This document shows positions 56,279 through 64,000 of a DNA stretch of 64,000 nt, one piece after another. How positions within the stretch are numbered: the first letter of the stretch is position 1; each line of letters opens with the position of its first letter. The stretch comes from an uncultured virus (IMG/VR IMGVR_UViG_3300005764_000014) (lineage: Duplodnaviria; Heunggongvirae; Uroviricota; Caudoviricetes): the IMG/VR virus record IMGVR_UViG_3300005764_000014; one strand, 5' to 3'. Below the pieces are notes generated by a model that ran no database searches, was not told the DNA's origin, and saw nothing but the letters and a program-made list of their open reading frames with translations. A program made the translations under genes and the position numbers.

Positions 56279-58009
56279 ATGCCCAACGGCGGCGGCTCCC
56301 ACAGCCTGACCATCAACGAGGCCGCCGGCGCGGCCGACGCCCTGGTGGTCAACACCAGCGGCGTGTCGCTGCCCTACGCCGACCAGGCCGCTGGTGTTGA
56401 CCGGCTGGTCACCGCGCTGGCCGCGCCGCTGCCCGACGCGGCCGGGGCTGCGGAGGCGCTGTCCTGGCAGCCGGGGCTGTTCCCCCGGGACGCCGCGGCG
56501 GGCGTGGACGACATCCCCGGCTTCTCGTTCGTGGTCGCGGAGACCATCCCCGCCGCCGCCGCCGACAGAGCCGGCGCGGCCGAGGGGCTGAAGGTTACCA
56601 AGGGCACCGCCCCCGCGCCCGCGCCGGTCCCCGCCTACCGGGTGGCCGCCCCGGTGTTCATCCTCACCGGCATGCCCCGGATGCACCTGCAGAACGTGCT
56701 CACCGGGGCCTGGGTCACCCGCGAGGTCCGCGGCATCACCAGCCCGAGCATCACCTGGAACCTGGACCAGCCCGACACCTTCTCCTGCACCGTTAGCCCG
56801 CCGCAGGCCGCGCTGCTGGACGCCACCGGCAACCCGGTCTGCCAGGAGTGGCAGCACGCCTGCTACCTGGAGCAGGGCGATGAGATCAAGTTCGGCGGCA
56901 TCCTCACGTCCTCCGCCTACACCGGCCCGGCCTGGACGCCGACGTTCACCGGGTTCGCCGGCTACCCCAACGGCATCCCGTATGAGGGCGCGTCCTACCA
57001 CCAGCGCGGCATCGAGGCCCTGGACGTGGTCCGGTACCTGTGGAACTGGGTGCAGTCCCAGCCCAGCGGCAACATCGGCATGACCCTGGACCCGGTGAAG
57101 TCCGGGGTGCTGCTGGGCTCCCAGCTCGCGGCCGGGGCGGTGTACGCCTCGACCACCCTGGCCGCCGCGATCAAGCCCGGCGACACCACGATCACCGTGA
57201 CCGACCCGAGCGGCGGGTTCGCCACCGGCCAGCTCGTGCAGGTGGCGGGCGACTCGACCTGGCGGACGATCAGCAAGATCTCCAAGAACGTGTTCACGAT
57301 GTCGTCGGCCTACAACAACGGCTACGCCAAGGGCAGCACGGTGATCCAGGGCGGCAAGACCACGGTCTTCGCGCTGGACTGGTGGAACTCCACCGACGTC
57401 GGGCAGGAGATCGCCTCCATCCTGTCCGACGTGGTGTGCGACTGGTGGGAGCAGCACACCTGGACCGGCCCCGCCAAGCAGGGCGTGGCGCACGCGCTGC
57501 ACTTCGGCGTGCCGCGGATCGGCATCCGCCAGGCCACGCTGCGGTTCGCGGAAGGGGAGAACATCGTCACCCCGGTGCAGACCTCCCGGGACGGGTCGGT
57601 GTACGCCAACGAGGTCATCGGCTTGGGCAACGGGCAGGGCAGCGCGCAGATCCGCGCCCAGGTGGCCAGCCCGAACGGGCGGCTGCGCCGGGTGTTCGTC
57701 TACACCGACCAGACGATCCGGTCCTCCGGGCGGATGCAGTCCCGGGCGCAGAAGATCCTGGCCAGCCGGATCGCCATCGACACCCCAGCCACCGTGGTGG
57801 TCCGCAACCACCCCAACGCGCCGTTCGGCTCGTTCCGGCCCGGCGACGACATCCCCATCACCCAGGCGTCCGGGTGGCGGAACGTGACCACCTGGGGCCG
57901 GATCACCCAGATCCAGCAGGACCCCACCACCAACATCGCCACGCTCACCTGCGCTAGGTCGGACAGCTTCACCTACCTGGCCGAGAGCGGGCAGGCAGGG
58001 ACGCTATGA
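56279..58009 (+). CDS. Baseplate hub / minor tail protein (Tal-like)
   Basis: IKFGGIL, RFAEGENI, YANEVIGLGNGQG and PGDDI motifs. Confidence 0.8.
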   Translation: MPNGGGSHSLTINEAAGAADALVVNTSGVSLPYADQAAGVDRLVTALAAPLPDAAGAAEALSWQPGLFPRDAAAGVDDIPGFSFVVAETIPAAAADRAGAAEGLKVTKGTAPAPAPVPAYRVAAPVFILTGMPRMHLQNVLTGAWVTREVRGITSPSITWNLDQPDTFSCTVSPPQAALLDATGNPVCQEWQHACYLEQGDEIKFGGILTSSAYTGPAWTPTFTGFAGYPNGIPYEGASYHQRGIEALDVVRYLWNWVQSQPSGNIGMTLDPVKSGVLLGSQLAAGAVYASTTLAAAIKPGDTTITVTDPSGGFATGQLVQVAGDSTWRTISKISKNVFTMSSAYNNGYAKGSTVIQGGKTTVFALDWWNSTDVGQEIASILSDVVCDWWEQHTWTGPAKQGVAHALHFGVPRIGIRQATLRFAEGENIVTPVQTSRDGSVYANEVIGLGNGQGSAQIRAQVASPNGRLRRVFVYTDQTIRSSGRMQSRAQKILASRIAIDTPATVVVRNHPNAPFGSFRPGDDIPITQASGWRNVTTWGRITQIQQDPTTNIATLTCARSDSFTYLAESGQAGTL

Positions 58010-60648
58010 CCGTCAACGGCACCAGCCCGGCGCTGCCCGCGGCCCTGGCCGCGCTCGGCGGCCAGCTCGCGGAACTGCAGCAGCGGATCACCGCGCTGGA
58101 ACGCGGCCAGGCCACCGCCGCCCTGGACAACGCCTCGATCGAGGGCGGCGCGCTGACCATCAACGACGCGGCCGGCAACCCGCAGCTCATCCTCGGCCTG
58201 CAGCCCGACGGCACGTTCGCCCAGGCCGCCTACAACGCCGCGCCGCCGCCGCAGTGCTCCGATCCCCTGGTCGGCGCGACGATCGGCGGCATCCTGGTGC
58301 AGTGGGACGGCAACATGTTCGACGGCTCCCCGCCGCTGTCGGACTTCGCCGGGGTGCAGGTGCACTGCTCCGGGCAGCCGGGGTTCACGCCGGGGCCGGC
58401 CACGCTGCAGTCCACCCTGCTCGGGCCGGGCATCCGGCCGATCGTCGGGCTGCAGCCCGCCGTCACCTACTACGTGTGCCTGGTCACCGTCAACGACGCC
58501 GGGGTGACCGCGCCGCCGAGCAACTACCTGACCGCGGTGCCGCTGACCGTGGTGCAGGCGATTCCGCCGTCCGCGATCGGCCCGGACAAGGTGTCCTTCT
58601 CGGTCACCGCCGCCGGGACCAAGGTCACCTTCTCCCCCACCGCGCCGGCCTCCCCCGCGGCCGGGGACCTGTGGTACAACACCGCGTCCGGCAACCTGCT
58701 GTCCCAGTGGTCCGGCACGGGCTGGCAGCCGTACGCCTTCGGCGGCGGGGCCATCAGCGCCGGCTCGATTACCGGCTCGCTGATCGCGGCCGGCACGATC
58801 ACCGCCGGGAACATCGCCGCCGGCACGGTCATCACCGGGATCGTGGACACCACCACGATCGTCGCGCCGCTGCTGATCGGCTCCCAGGTGCTGGCCTACG
58901 GCACGTCCACCCCGCGCGGCCCGCTGTACTACGACTTCGAGACACCCGGGTCGGTGATGGGCTGGGCCGCCTCGGCCGGCAGCCTCACCCAGTCCACGGC
59001 CTGGTCCTCGACGGGCACCGGGGCGCTGCTGCTGACCGCCAGCGGCGCGGGCTCCCCGGTGGCGTTCACCCCCGCCGGCACCGCTGCGGTGATCCCGGTG
59101 CTGCCCGGCGACCCGGTGGCGGTGTCCGCGGACCTGCAGGCCCCCGCCGGCATCACCAACGGCTACGTCGGCATCCGCTGGTATACCCAGGCGGGCGCGT
59201 TCATCTCCGAGACCGACTGTTCCGACGCCGCCCTCACGGCGGGGGCGCTGACCACGCTGACCGTGGGGGACAACGCCCCCGCCGCCGGGTACGCCGCGGT
59301 GTGCTTCGGCAACCACGGCACCCTCGGCTCGGGCACGCTGATCTACGGCGACAACATCCAGATCTCGGGCAACCTGGTCTACTCGACCTCCCCCTCGGGC
59401 GGCGTCGACTCCGTCGGCAACGGCTACAGCCAGGGCCTGGAGGTCAACGCGATGCCCGGCATGACGTCGGTGATCAGCGTGCAGGACCCGTGGGGTGACA
59501 ACACCCTGGCCACGATCGACTCAGGCGGCAACATCACCGGCCAGACCGGCACGTTCGCGGACGCGGTCCTCGGCGGCCGGGACTTCCTCACCGACTGGGT
59601 GCCGAGCTTCCCCGCCGGCCTGATCGCCCGGACCAACGTGTTCGCCGCCAACCTGCCGACCACCGCGACATCCAGCGAGTACTACCTGTACGAGCTGGAC
59701 TTCCAGGCCACCGCCAACCGGTCCTACATGCTGGTGCTGGAGCCGATGTGGCTGCAGTTCTCCGGTGCCGGCGGCTGCAAGATCAACGTGTACGCCACCA
59801 CCGACGGCTCCCAGCCGACCAACGCCAGCGCGCTGATCATGCAGGGCAGCGTGGAGGCGTCGGGCAGCTCGGGGTTCTCCAACATCCGGTCCCCGGCGAT
59901 CACCAAGCACATCGAGTCCCAGGCCGGGGCGCTGTGGCGCATCCTGGTGTCCTACCAGGCGTTCGGCACCGGCTCGACGCCGACGGTCCAGTTGCAGGCC
60001 CTGGACGCCAACCCCGGCGACGACTCCCAGGTCAACGCCCGGTTCTACATCTACGACATGGGCCTGACGCTGCCCAACACCGGCCGGATCGTCCTGGCGA
60101 CCTCGGGCGGCTCGGGGTCGGGCACCAAGAACTTCACCAAGACCTACACCGCCACCCACTCCTACTCCTACCAGGGCTCCGACGGCGGCAACGGCAACCT
60201 GAAGATCAACACCGACTCGAAGATGTACCAGGGCGGCGACTTCTACGACACCTACAACGGCCGGTCCAAGACCTGGTTCGTCTTCCCCGGCGCGCTGGCC
60301 TCGGACCTGTCCGGCGCGACGATCACCAACGTGCAGCTCTACCTGAACAACAACCACACCTGGTCTTCCAGCGGCATGACCGCGTGCATCGGCTGGGACG
60401 CCAAGTCCACCTTCGGCTCCACCGCGGGCGACCCGGGCGGCGCGGGCATCGACCTGACCGAGGTCCACTTCAGCCCCGGCCAGGCCAAGTGGGTGAACGT
60501 GCCCAACTCGATCGCCTCCAACCTCGCGTCCGGAGCGGCGAACTCGCTGGTGCTGTTCAAGAACTCCAACAGCCTGGGGTACTACGGCTACTTCGCCGGC
60601 GCGGGGCAGTCCAGCGGCCCGCAGTTGAAAGTAAGTTACACAAAGTAA
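58006..60648 (+). CDS. Tail fibre / receptor-binding protein (FN3-like and carbohydrate-binding-like domains)
   Basis: Coiled-coil N-terminus, TYYVCLVTVN, GDLWYNT, AGxIT repeats, YDFE..W and C-terminal PQLKVSYTK. Confidence 0.8.
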   Translation: MTVNGTSPALPAALAALGGQLAELQQRITALERGQATAALDNASIEGGALTINDAAGNPQLILGLQPDGTFAQAAYNAAPPPQCSDPLVGATIGGILVQWDGNMFDGSPPLSDFAGVQVHCSGQPGFTPGPATLQSTLLGPGIRPIVGLQPAVTYYVCLVTVNDAGVTAPPSNYLTAVPLTVVQAIPPSAIGPDKVSFSVTAAGTKVTFSPTAPASPAAGDLWYNTASGNLLSQWSGTGWQPYAFGGGAISAGSITGSLIAAGTITAGNIAAGTVITGIVDTTTIVAPLLIGSQVLAYGTSTPRGPLYYDFETPGSVMGWAASAGSLTQSTAWSSTGTGALLLTASGAGSPVAFTPAGTAAVIPVLPGDPVAVSADLQAPAGITNGYVGIRWYTQAGAFISETDCSDAALTAGALTTLTVGDNAPAAGYAAVCFGNHGTLGSGTLIYGDNIQISGNLVYSTSPSGGVDSVGNGYSQGLEVNAMPGMTSVISVQDPWGDNTLATIDSGGNITGQTGTFADAVLGGRDFLTDWVPSFPAGLIARTNVFAANLPTTATSSEYYLYELDFQATANRSYMLVLEPMWLQFSGAGGCKINVYATTDGSQPTNASALIMQGSVEASGSSGFSNIRSPAITKHIESQAGALWRILVSYQAFGTGSTPTVQLQALDANPGDDSQVNARFYIYDMGLTLPNTGRIVLATSGGSGSGTKNFTKTYTATHSYSYQGSDGGNGNLKINTDSKMYQGGDFYDTYNGRSKTWFVFPGALASDLSGATITNVQLYLNNNHTWSSSGMTACIGWDAKSTFGSTAGDPGGAGIDLTEVHFSPGQAKWVNVPNSIASNLASGAANSLVLFKNSNSLGYYGYFAGAGQSSGPQLKVSYTK

Positions 60649-60672
60649 TTACCCGACGACAGTAGGTGAAAT

Positions 60673-60978
60673 ATGCCCCCTCTCGGCGCGACCCCCGACC
60701 CGGCGCAGCTCAACGGCGACTTCTCCGCCCTGGCCAGCCGGTGGCGGAACGTGGCCACCGACTCCCAGCGGTTCCGGGCCTGGGCGGCCAAGCTGTCCGA
60801 CGCCGACCTCGCCGCAGCGTTCAGCATCGACCCGTCGCTGGTCGCCCAGCTCCGCACGTTCCTCGACTACATGGGCGGGGACCTAGCGGGGATCTGGTTC
60901 GGCACCGTCGCCAAGGGCAGCCCGCCGGCGCAGTTCGACTATGACGACGCGCTGTCGGGCATCATCCCGCCGCCATGA
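60673..60978 (+). CDS. Hypothetical protein
   Basis: AGGTG RBS. Confidence 0.7.
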   Translation: MPPLGATPDPAQLNGDFSALASRWRNVATDSQRFRAWAAKLSDADLAAAFSIDPSLVAQLRTFLDYMGGDLAGIWFGTVAKGSPPAQFDYDDALSGIIPPP

Positions 60979-61277
60979 GCACCGGCGATGAGTATGTGGT
61001 CACCTTCGGCCGGTGGGATGCCACCCAGCGGGAGAACGACCGGCGGCTGGGCGTGCTGGAGCGGCACGCCGAGGCCCTCGCGGGGGCTGAGCAGGAACAC
61101 CGCGGCCTGGCCGACCGGATCACCGCGCTGGAGCAGGCGGGCAAGGCCAGCGTGGCCAGCGAGCGGGGGAGGAGGGAACGGGCATGGGCGCTGGCGCTGG
61201 TGCTGATCGGCAGCCTGGTGCTGCCGATCCTGATCACCGCGGTGACCGCGTTCCTGCACATAAAGAACTACCACTGA
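60975..61277 (+). CDS. Membrane protein (coiled coil plus one TM), lysis-region type
   Basis: RITALE followed by a hydrophobic helix. Confidence 0.7.
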   Translation: MSTGDEYVVTFGRWDATQRENDRRLGVLERHAEALAGAEQEHRGLADRITALEQAGKASVASERGRRERAWALALVLIGSLVLPILITAVTAFLHIKNYH

Positions 61278-61423
61278 TCCCGTGGTGGGCGTGGCTGGCC
61301 GTGGGGCTGATCCTCGGCATGATCACCGCAGCGTCGGTGCTGGACCTGATCACCCTCTCGGACCTGCAGGCGCAGATCTGCCACATCGCCATCGTCAGGC
61401 ATGTGGTGATCTCCCGGTGCCGG

Positions 61424-61753
61424 TTAGGCCCCGATGGCCCTGCGCGCGGGAGCTGGCAGCTCCGCGGCAGCGGCGGCGTCCTGGGAGGCCCAGATGCGGA
61501 ACAGCTCGGCCATGCACTCCTGGTAGGTCGGCTTGGTGATCACCAGCAGGTGCTCCAGGTCGGCCTCGATGTGCCAGAAGTGGCTGGCCCCCTGGTCCGG
61601 GGTCGACAGGCCGAACTCGACCCCGGCGGGTACCTGCCGGGTGGCGTACAGCCGCACCCCCGCCGGCACCTTCGCCGCGAACATGATGAAGTCCGGCCTG
61701 GCCGTGGCCGCGTAGGTGCGCTGCCCGGACAGAATCTCTGGCCTGTAGTCCAC
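61424..61753 (-). CDS. Hypothetical protein on the opposite strand
   Basis: Protein-like sequence VDYRPEILSG..; start uncertain. Confidence 0.55.
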   Translation of the reverse strand: MDYRPEILSGQRTYAATARPDFIMFAAKVPAGVRLYATRQVPAGVEFGLSTPDQGASHFWHIEADLEHLLVITKPTYQECMAELFRIWASQDAAAAAELPAPARRAIGA

Positions 61754-61909
61754 GGATGTGATGCTAGCCCGCCCCGGGACCGCAGCTTGGGCTCGGCTGC
61801 GCGTGGCTTCGTGTGGGCTGCGGCACCCCCGGGGCCTACCGGCACGGCCATCGTACTGACACACTGACTGGGGAGAGCCGGTCCCCGCCTGGCACGCCGG
61901 GAGGCCGCC

Positions 61910-62728
61910 GTGGCCGAGGGCATCGACTACAGCTTCGGGTCAGGGGTCAGCGCCGGGCAGATCCACGCCGCGGGCAAGCGGTTCGTCGCCCGGTACCTGT
62001 CCTACCTGCCGAACGCCAAGTGCATCAACGCCCCGGAGTTCGCCAACCTGGTCAAGGCCGGGCTGGCCGTGGTGCTGGTGTGGGAAGACACCGGCCGCGA
62101 CTGCGCCCGCGGCCACGCCGGCGGGGTGGCTGATGCCACCGAGGCGAACAAGCAGGCGCACGCGCTCGGCGCGGGCAGCGCGGTGATCTACTTCGCGCCG
62201 TGCGACTATGACGCGCCGCCAGGCGACCAGCCCTCGATCAACGCCTACATGCAGGGTGCGGCGTCGGTGCTCGGGCACAACCGCACCGGCATGTACGGCG
62301 GCTACTGGCCGCTGTCGCGGGCGCTGTCCGCGAACGTGTGCAAGTACGGCTGGCAGACCTACGCCTGGTCCGGCGGCAACTGGGACAAGCGGGCGCAACT
62401 GCAGCAGTACCAGAACGGCGCGCGGCTGGGCCCGTGCGAATGCGACTACGACCGGTCCACCCAGCCGGACTACGGGCAGTGGCCCCGCCCGGCCGCGCCC
62501 GCGCCCGCTCCCGCGCCGGTTGCCACCGCGCCGTCGCGTACCGCCAGCGGGGCCTACCGGCATCCCCAGGCCCACCCGATCACCCTGGAGGCCTGGGCGG
62601 CCTCCCGCAACGAGCAGGTGGCCACCGCCTGGCGGATCTGGGTGACCAACATGACCGGCGACGACCTGGCCGCGTTCGCCAAGCTCGACCTGCCTGCGGG
62701 CACGGTCTTCTATACCGTGAACCCGTGA
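61910..62728 (+). CDS. Endolysin, DUF1906/Rv2525c-like (GH25-like) catalytic domain
   Basis: GIDYS, FVARYLS, VLVWE, IYFA..D.D, GMYGG, WQTYAWSGG and QLQQY motifs; PA-rich linker. Confidence 0.9.
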   Translation: MAEGIDYSFGSGVSAGQIHAAGKRFVARYLSYLPNAKCINAPEFANLVKAGLAVVLVWEDTGRDCARGHAGGVADATEANKQAHALGAGSAVIYFAPCDYDAPPGDQPSINAYMQGAASVLGHNRTGMYGGYWPLSRALSANVCKYGWQTYAWSGGNWDKRAQLQQYQNGARLGPCECDYDRSTQPDYGQWPRPAAPAPAPAPVATAPSRTASGAYRHPQAHPITLEAWAASRNEQVATAWRIWVTNMTGDDLAAFAKLDLPAGTVFYTVNP

Positions 62729-63162
62729 CCCTGTCCCCCGGCGAGGCCGCGATCCACGAGCATGTGGCCGCGCACCTGATCCCGCCGCACCGCGGGCCCG
62801 CCACCAAAGTGCCCACCGGGCCACCGCGGGTGTGCTGGAAGGAGATCAACGGCGCGCTGCCAGACTTCTGGGGCACGGTGCCCGGCGCGTACCTGATCAG
62901 CGTCCGGCAGGTGCACACCAGGCCGAGCCCCGACGGGCAGGGCGACGTGTACGTGATCTACCAGCTCGACGGCAGCCGCGGCACCGGAGTGCTGGCCACC
63001 CGGGACGCCGAGGTCGTGACCGTGTCCGCCCACGACGCGGTCCTCAACGCGCTGATCGCCCAGGCCCGCGACCCGGAGGAGGCGGCGCTGCTTGTGCACG
63101 CCTACGCCGACGGGGTGAAGACCGAGCGGCTCGGCTTCGTGGATGACAGGGTGGAGCCGTGA
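62725..63162 (+). CDS. Hypothetical protein
   Basis: GTGA overlap. Confidence 0.6.
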   Translation: MTLSPGEAAIHEHVAAHLIPPHRGPATKVPTGPPRVCWKEINGALPDFWGTVPGAYLISVRQVHTRPSPDGQGDVYVIYQLDGSRGTGVLATRDAEVVTVSAHDAVLNALIAQARDPEEAALLVHAYADGVKTERLGFVDDRVEP

Positions 63163-63458
63163 GCAAGGACATCCGGTGCCCCTACTGCGGGGAGAAGTGC
63201 AGGAACAGGTGGGCGAAGCTCCTGCACAAGTGCACGGTGGCGGCCGGCTACCGCGCCCAGGCCGCCGACCCGTGGCATGACCGGGTGCTGGCGGCGATGT
63301 CGTGGTGTGCGGGGATGCAGGCGGCCGGGCACACCCGGGTGCCGATTGTCGCGGTGATGGGCCAGCTCGACCCCGAGCACAAGATGCACGGCGCACCGGA
63401 CCCCCGCGCCGACCCGGTCACCGGGTGCCTGCCGGTGACTGCGGAGCCGCCGCCGTGA
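63159..63458 (+). CDS. Hypothetical protein (CPYC..H.C)
   Basis: GTGA overlap. Confidence 0.6.
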   Translation: MSKDIRCPYCGEKCRNRWAKLLHKCTVAAGYRAQAADPWHDRVLAAMSWCAGMQAAGHTRVPIVAVMGQLDPEHKMHGAPDPRADPVTGCLPVTAEPPP

Positions 63459-63886
63459 GGCGGGCCGCCGCCGCGCTCGCGCTCGCGCTCGGGCTGCTCG
63501 CGCTGTCCCCGGCACGGGCGTCGGCCGAGGACCCGCACTGCATCCAGCACGGCACCAAGCACGCCTACCTGTGCTACTACCACCAGCCCGGGACCGGCGG
63601 CGGCGTGTACGCCACCCTGCTGCTGTTCGAGAACTGGTACTACTGGCACCCGCTGTCGGGTGACCTGGTGGTGGACGAGACCTACGTGCACAGCTCCGCG
63701 CCCGGCTACGCCGGGGCCCACCGGATGATCCACTTCTCCGACCTGGGCCAGGTGACCGACCAGGCCTGGCTGGCGAACTTCCCGCACAACACCGGCCCGC
63801 CGGCGGGCAGCACGCCCGCGGAGCAGCGTTCCGCGATGGACTTCCAGTACGCCATGAACGCCGACCAGATCGGGCATTCGTTCTAG
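63455..63886 (+). CDS. Secreted hypothetical protein
   Basis: Signal peptide RRAAAALALALGLLALSPARASA. Confidence 0.7.
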   Translation: MRRAAAALALALGLLALSPARASAEDPHCIQHGTKHAYLCYYHQPGTGGGVYATLLLFENWYYWHPLSGDLVVDETYVHSSAPGYAGAHRMIHFSDLGQVTDQAWLANFPHNTGPPAGSTPAEQRSAMDFQYAMNADQIGHSF

Positions 63887-63895
63887 GCTGGTTTG

Positions 63896-64000
63896 GTGAG
63901 GCGCTGCATCTGCGTGCACAAGCGCCGCGCGCACGAGCACTACCGTCCCGGGCTGGAGTGCTCACTGTGCGGGTGCATGGGCTTCCGCTGGCGCTGGCTG
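63896..64000 (+). CDS. Small Cys/His-rich protein, truncated by the window edge
   Basis: CICVH..HEHYR..C..CGC. Confidence 0.55.
   Translation, partial: MRRCICVHKRRAHEHYRPGLECSLCGCMGFRWRWL

Noticed and set aside
20786..60468. Long minus-strand ORFs opposite structural genes (e.g. 22537-25122, 45500-47953, 54392-57811)
   Set aside because: Shadow frames with R/G/H-rich composition and no motifs or RBS.
61274..61427. Small membrane ORF IPWWAWLAVGLILGMITAASVL..
   Set aside because: Looks protein-like but has only a CTG at the overlap position, and the frame runs on antisense to another ORF; cannot be called.
1..64000. Integrase, repressor, att sites, inteins or introns
   Set aside because: None recognised. 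TerL, PolA and the helicases are of normal length, so lifestyle cannot be settled from this window.

Overview
The whole window is a high-GC tailed-phage (or prophage) segment typical of actinobacterial hosts. I found no host housekeeping genes, integrase, repressor, tRNA or CRISPR array. Positions 1-10.4 kb (minus strand) hold recombination and replication genes: an SSB-like protein, a Sak4/AAA ATPase, a PD-(D/E)XK nuclease, an SNF2 helicase, a RuvC-like resolvase and DNA polymerase I. Positions 10.5-17.5 kb (plus) hold a Prim-Pol, a MazG-like protein, small genes and a D5/P4-type helicase, followed by two odd low-GC, palindrome-rich non-coding tracts. Positions 18.9-64 kb (plus) hold the terminase, a Mu-like head module (portal, MuF, gpI-like protease/scaffold, capsid), a siphovirus-type tail and a DUF1906-type endolysin. 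The standout is 28.2-37.8 kb, between MuF and the prohead protease. Four proteins there are strings of unrelated modules, each opened by the same linker (..A-N-x(n)-[IVL]-[ED]-L) followed by one of two short tags (VGPxGYxHGW or NPxxxRxxxGRW). The same linker recurs in the protease/scaffold, and a perfect in-frame CCCAAAA slippery site could fuse two of these genes. I infer a protease-processed, capsid-loaded polyprotein cargo system. All family assignments come from motif recognition by eye; no searches were run.
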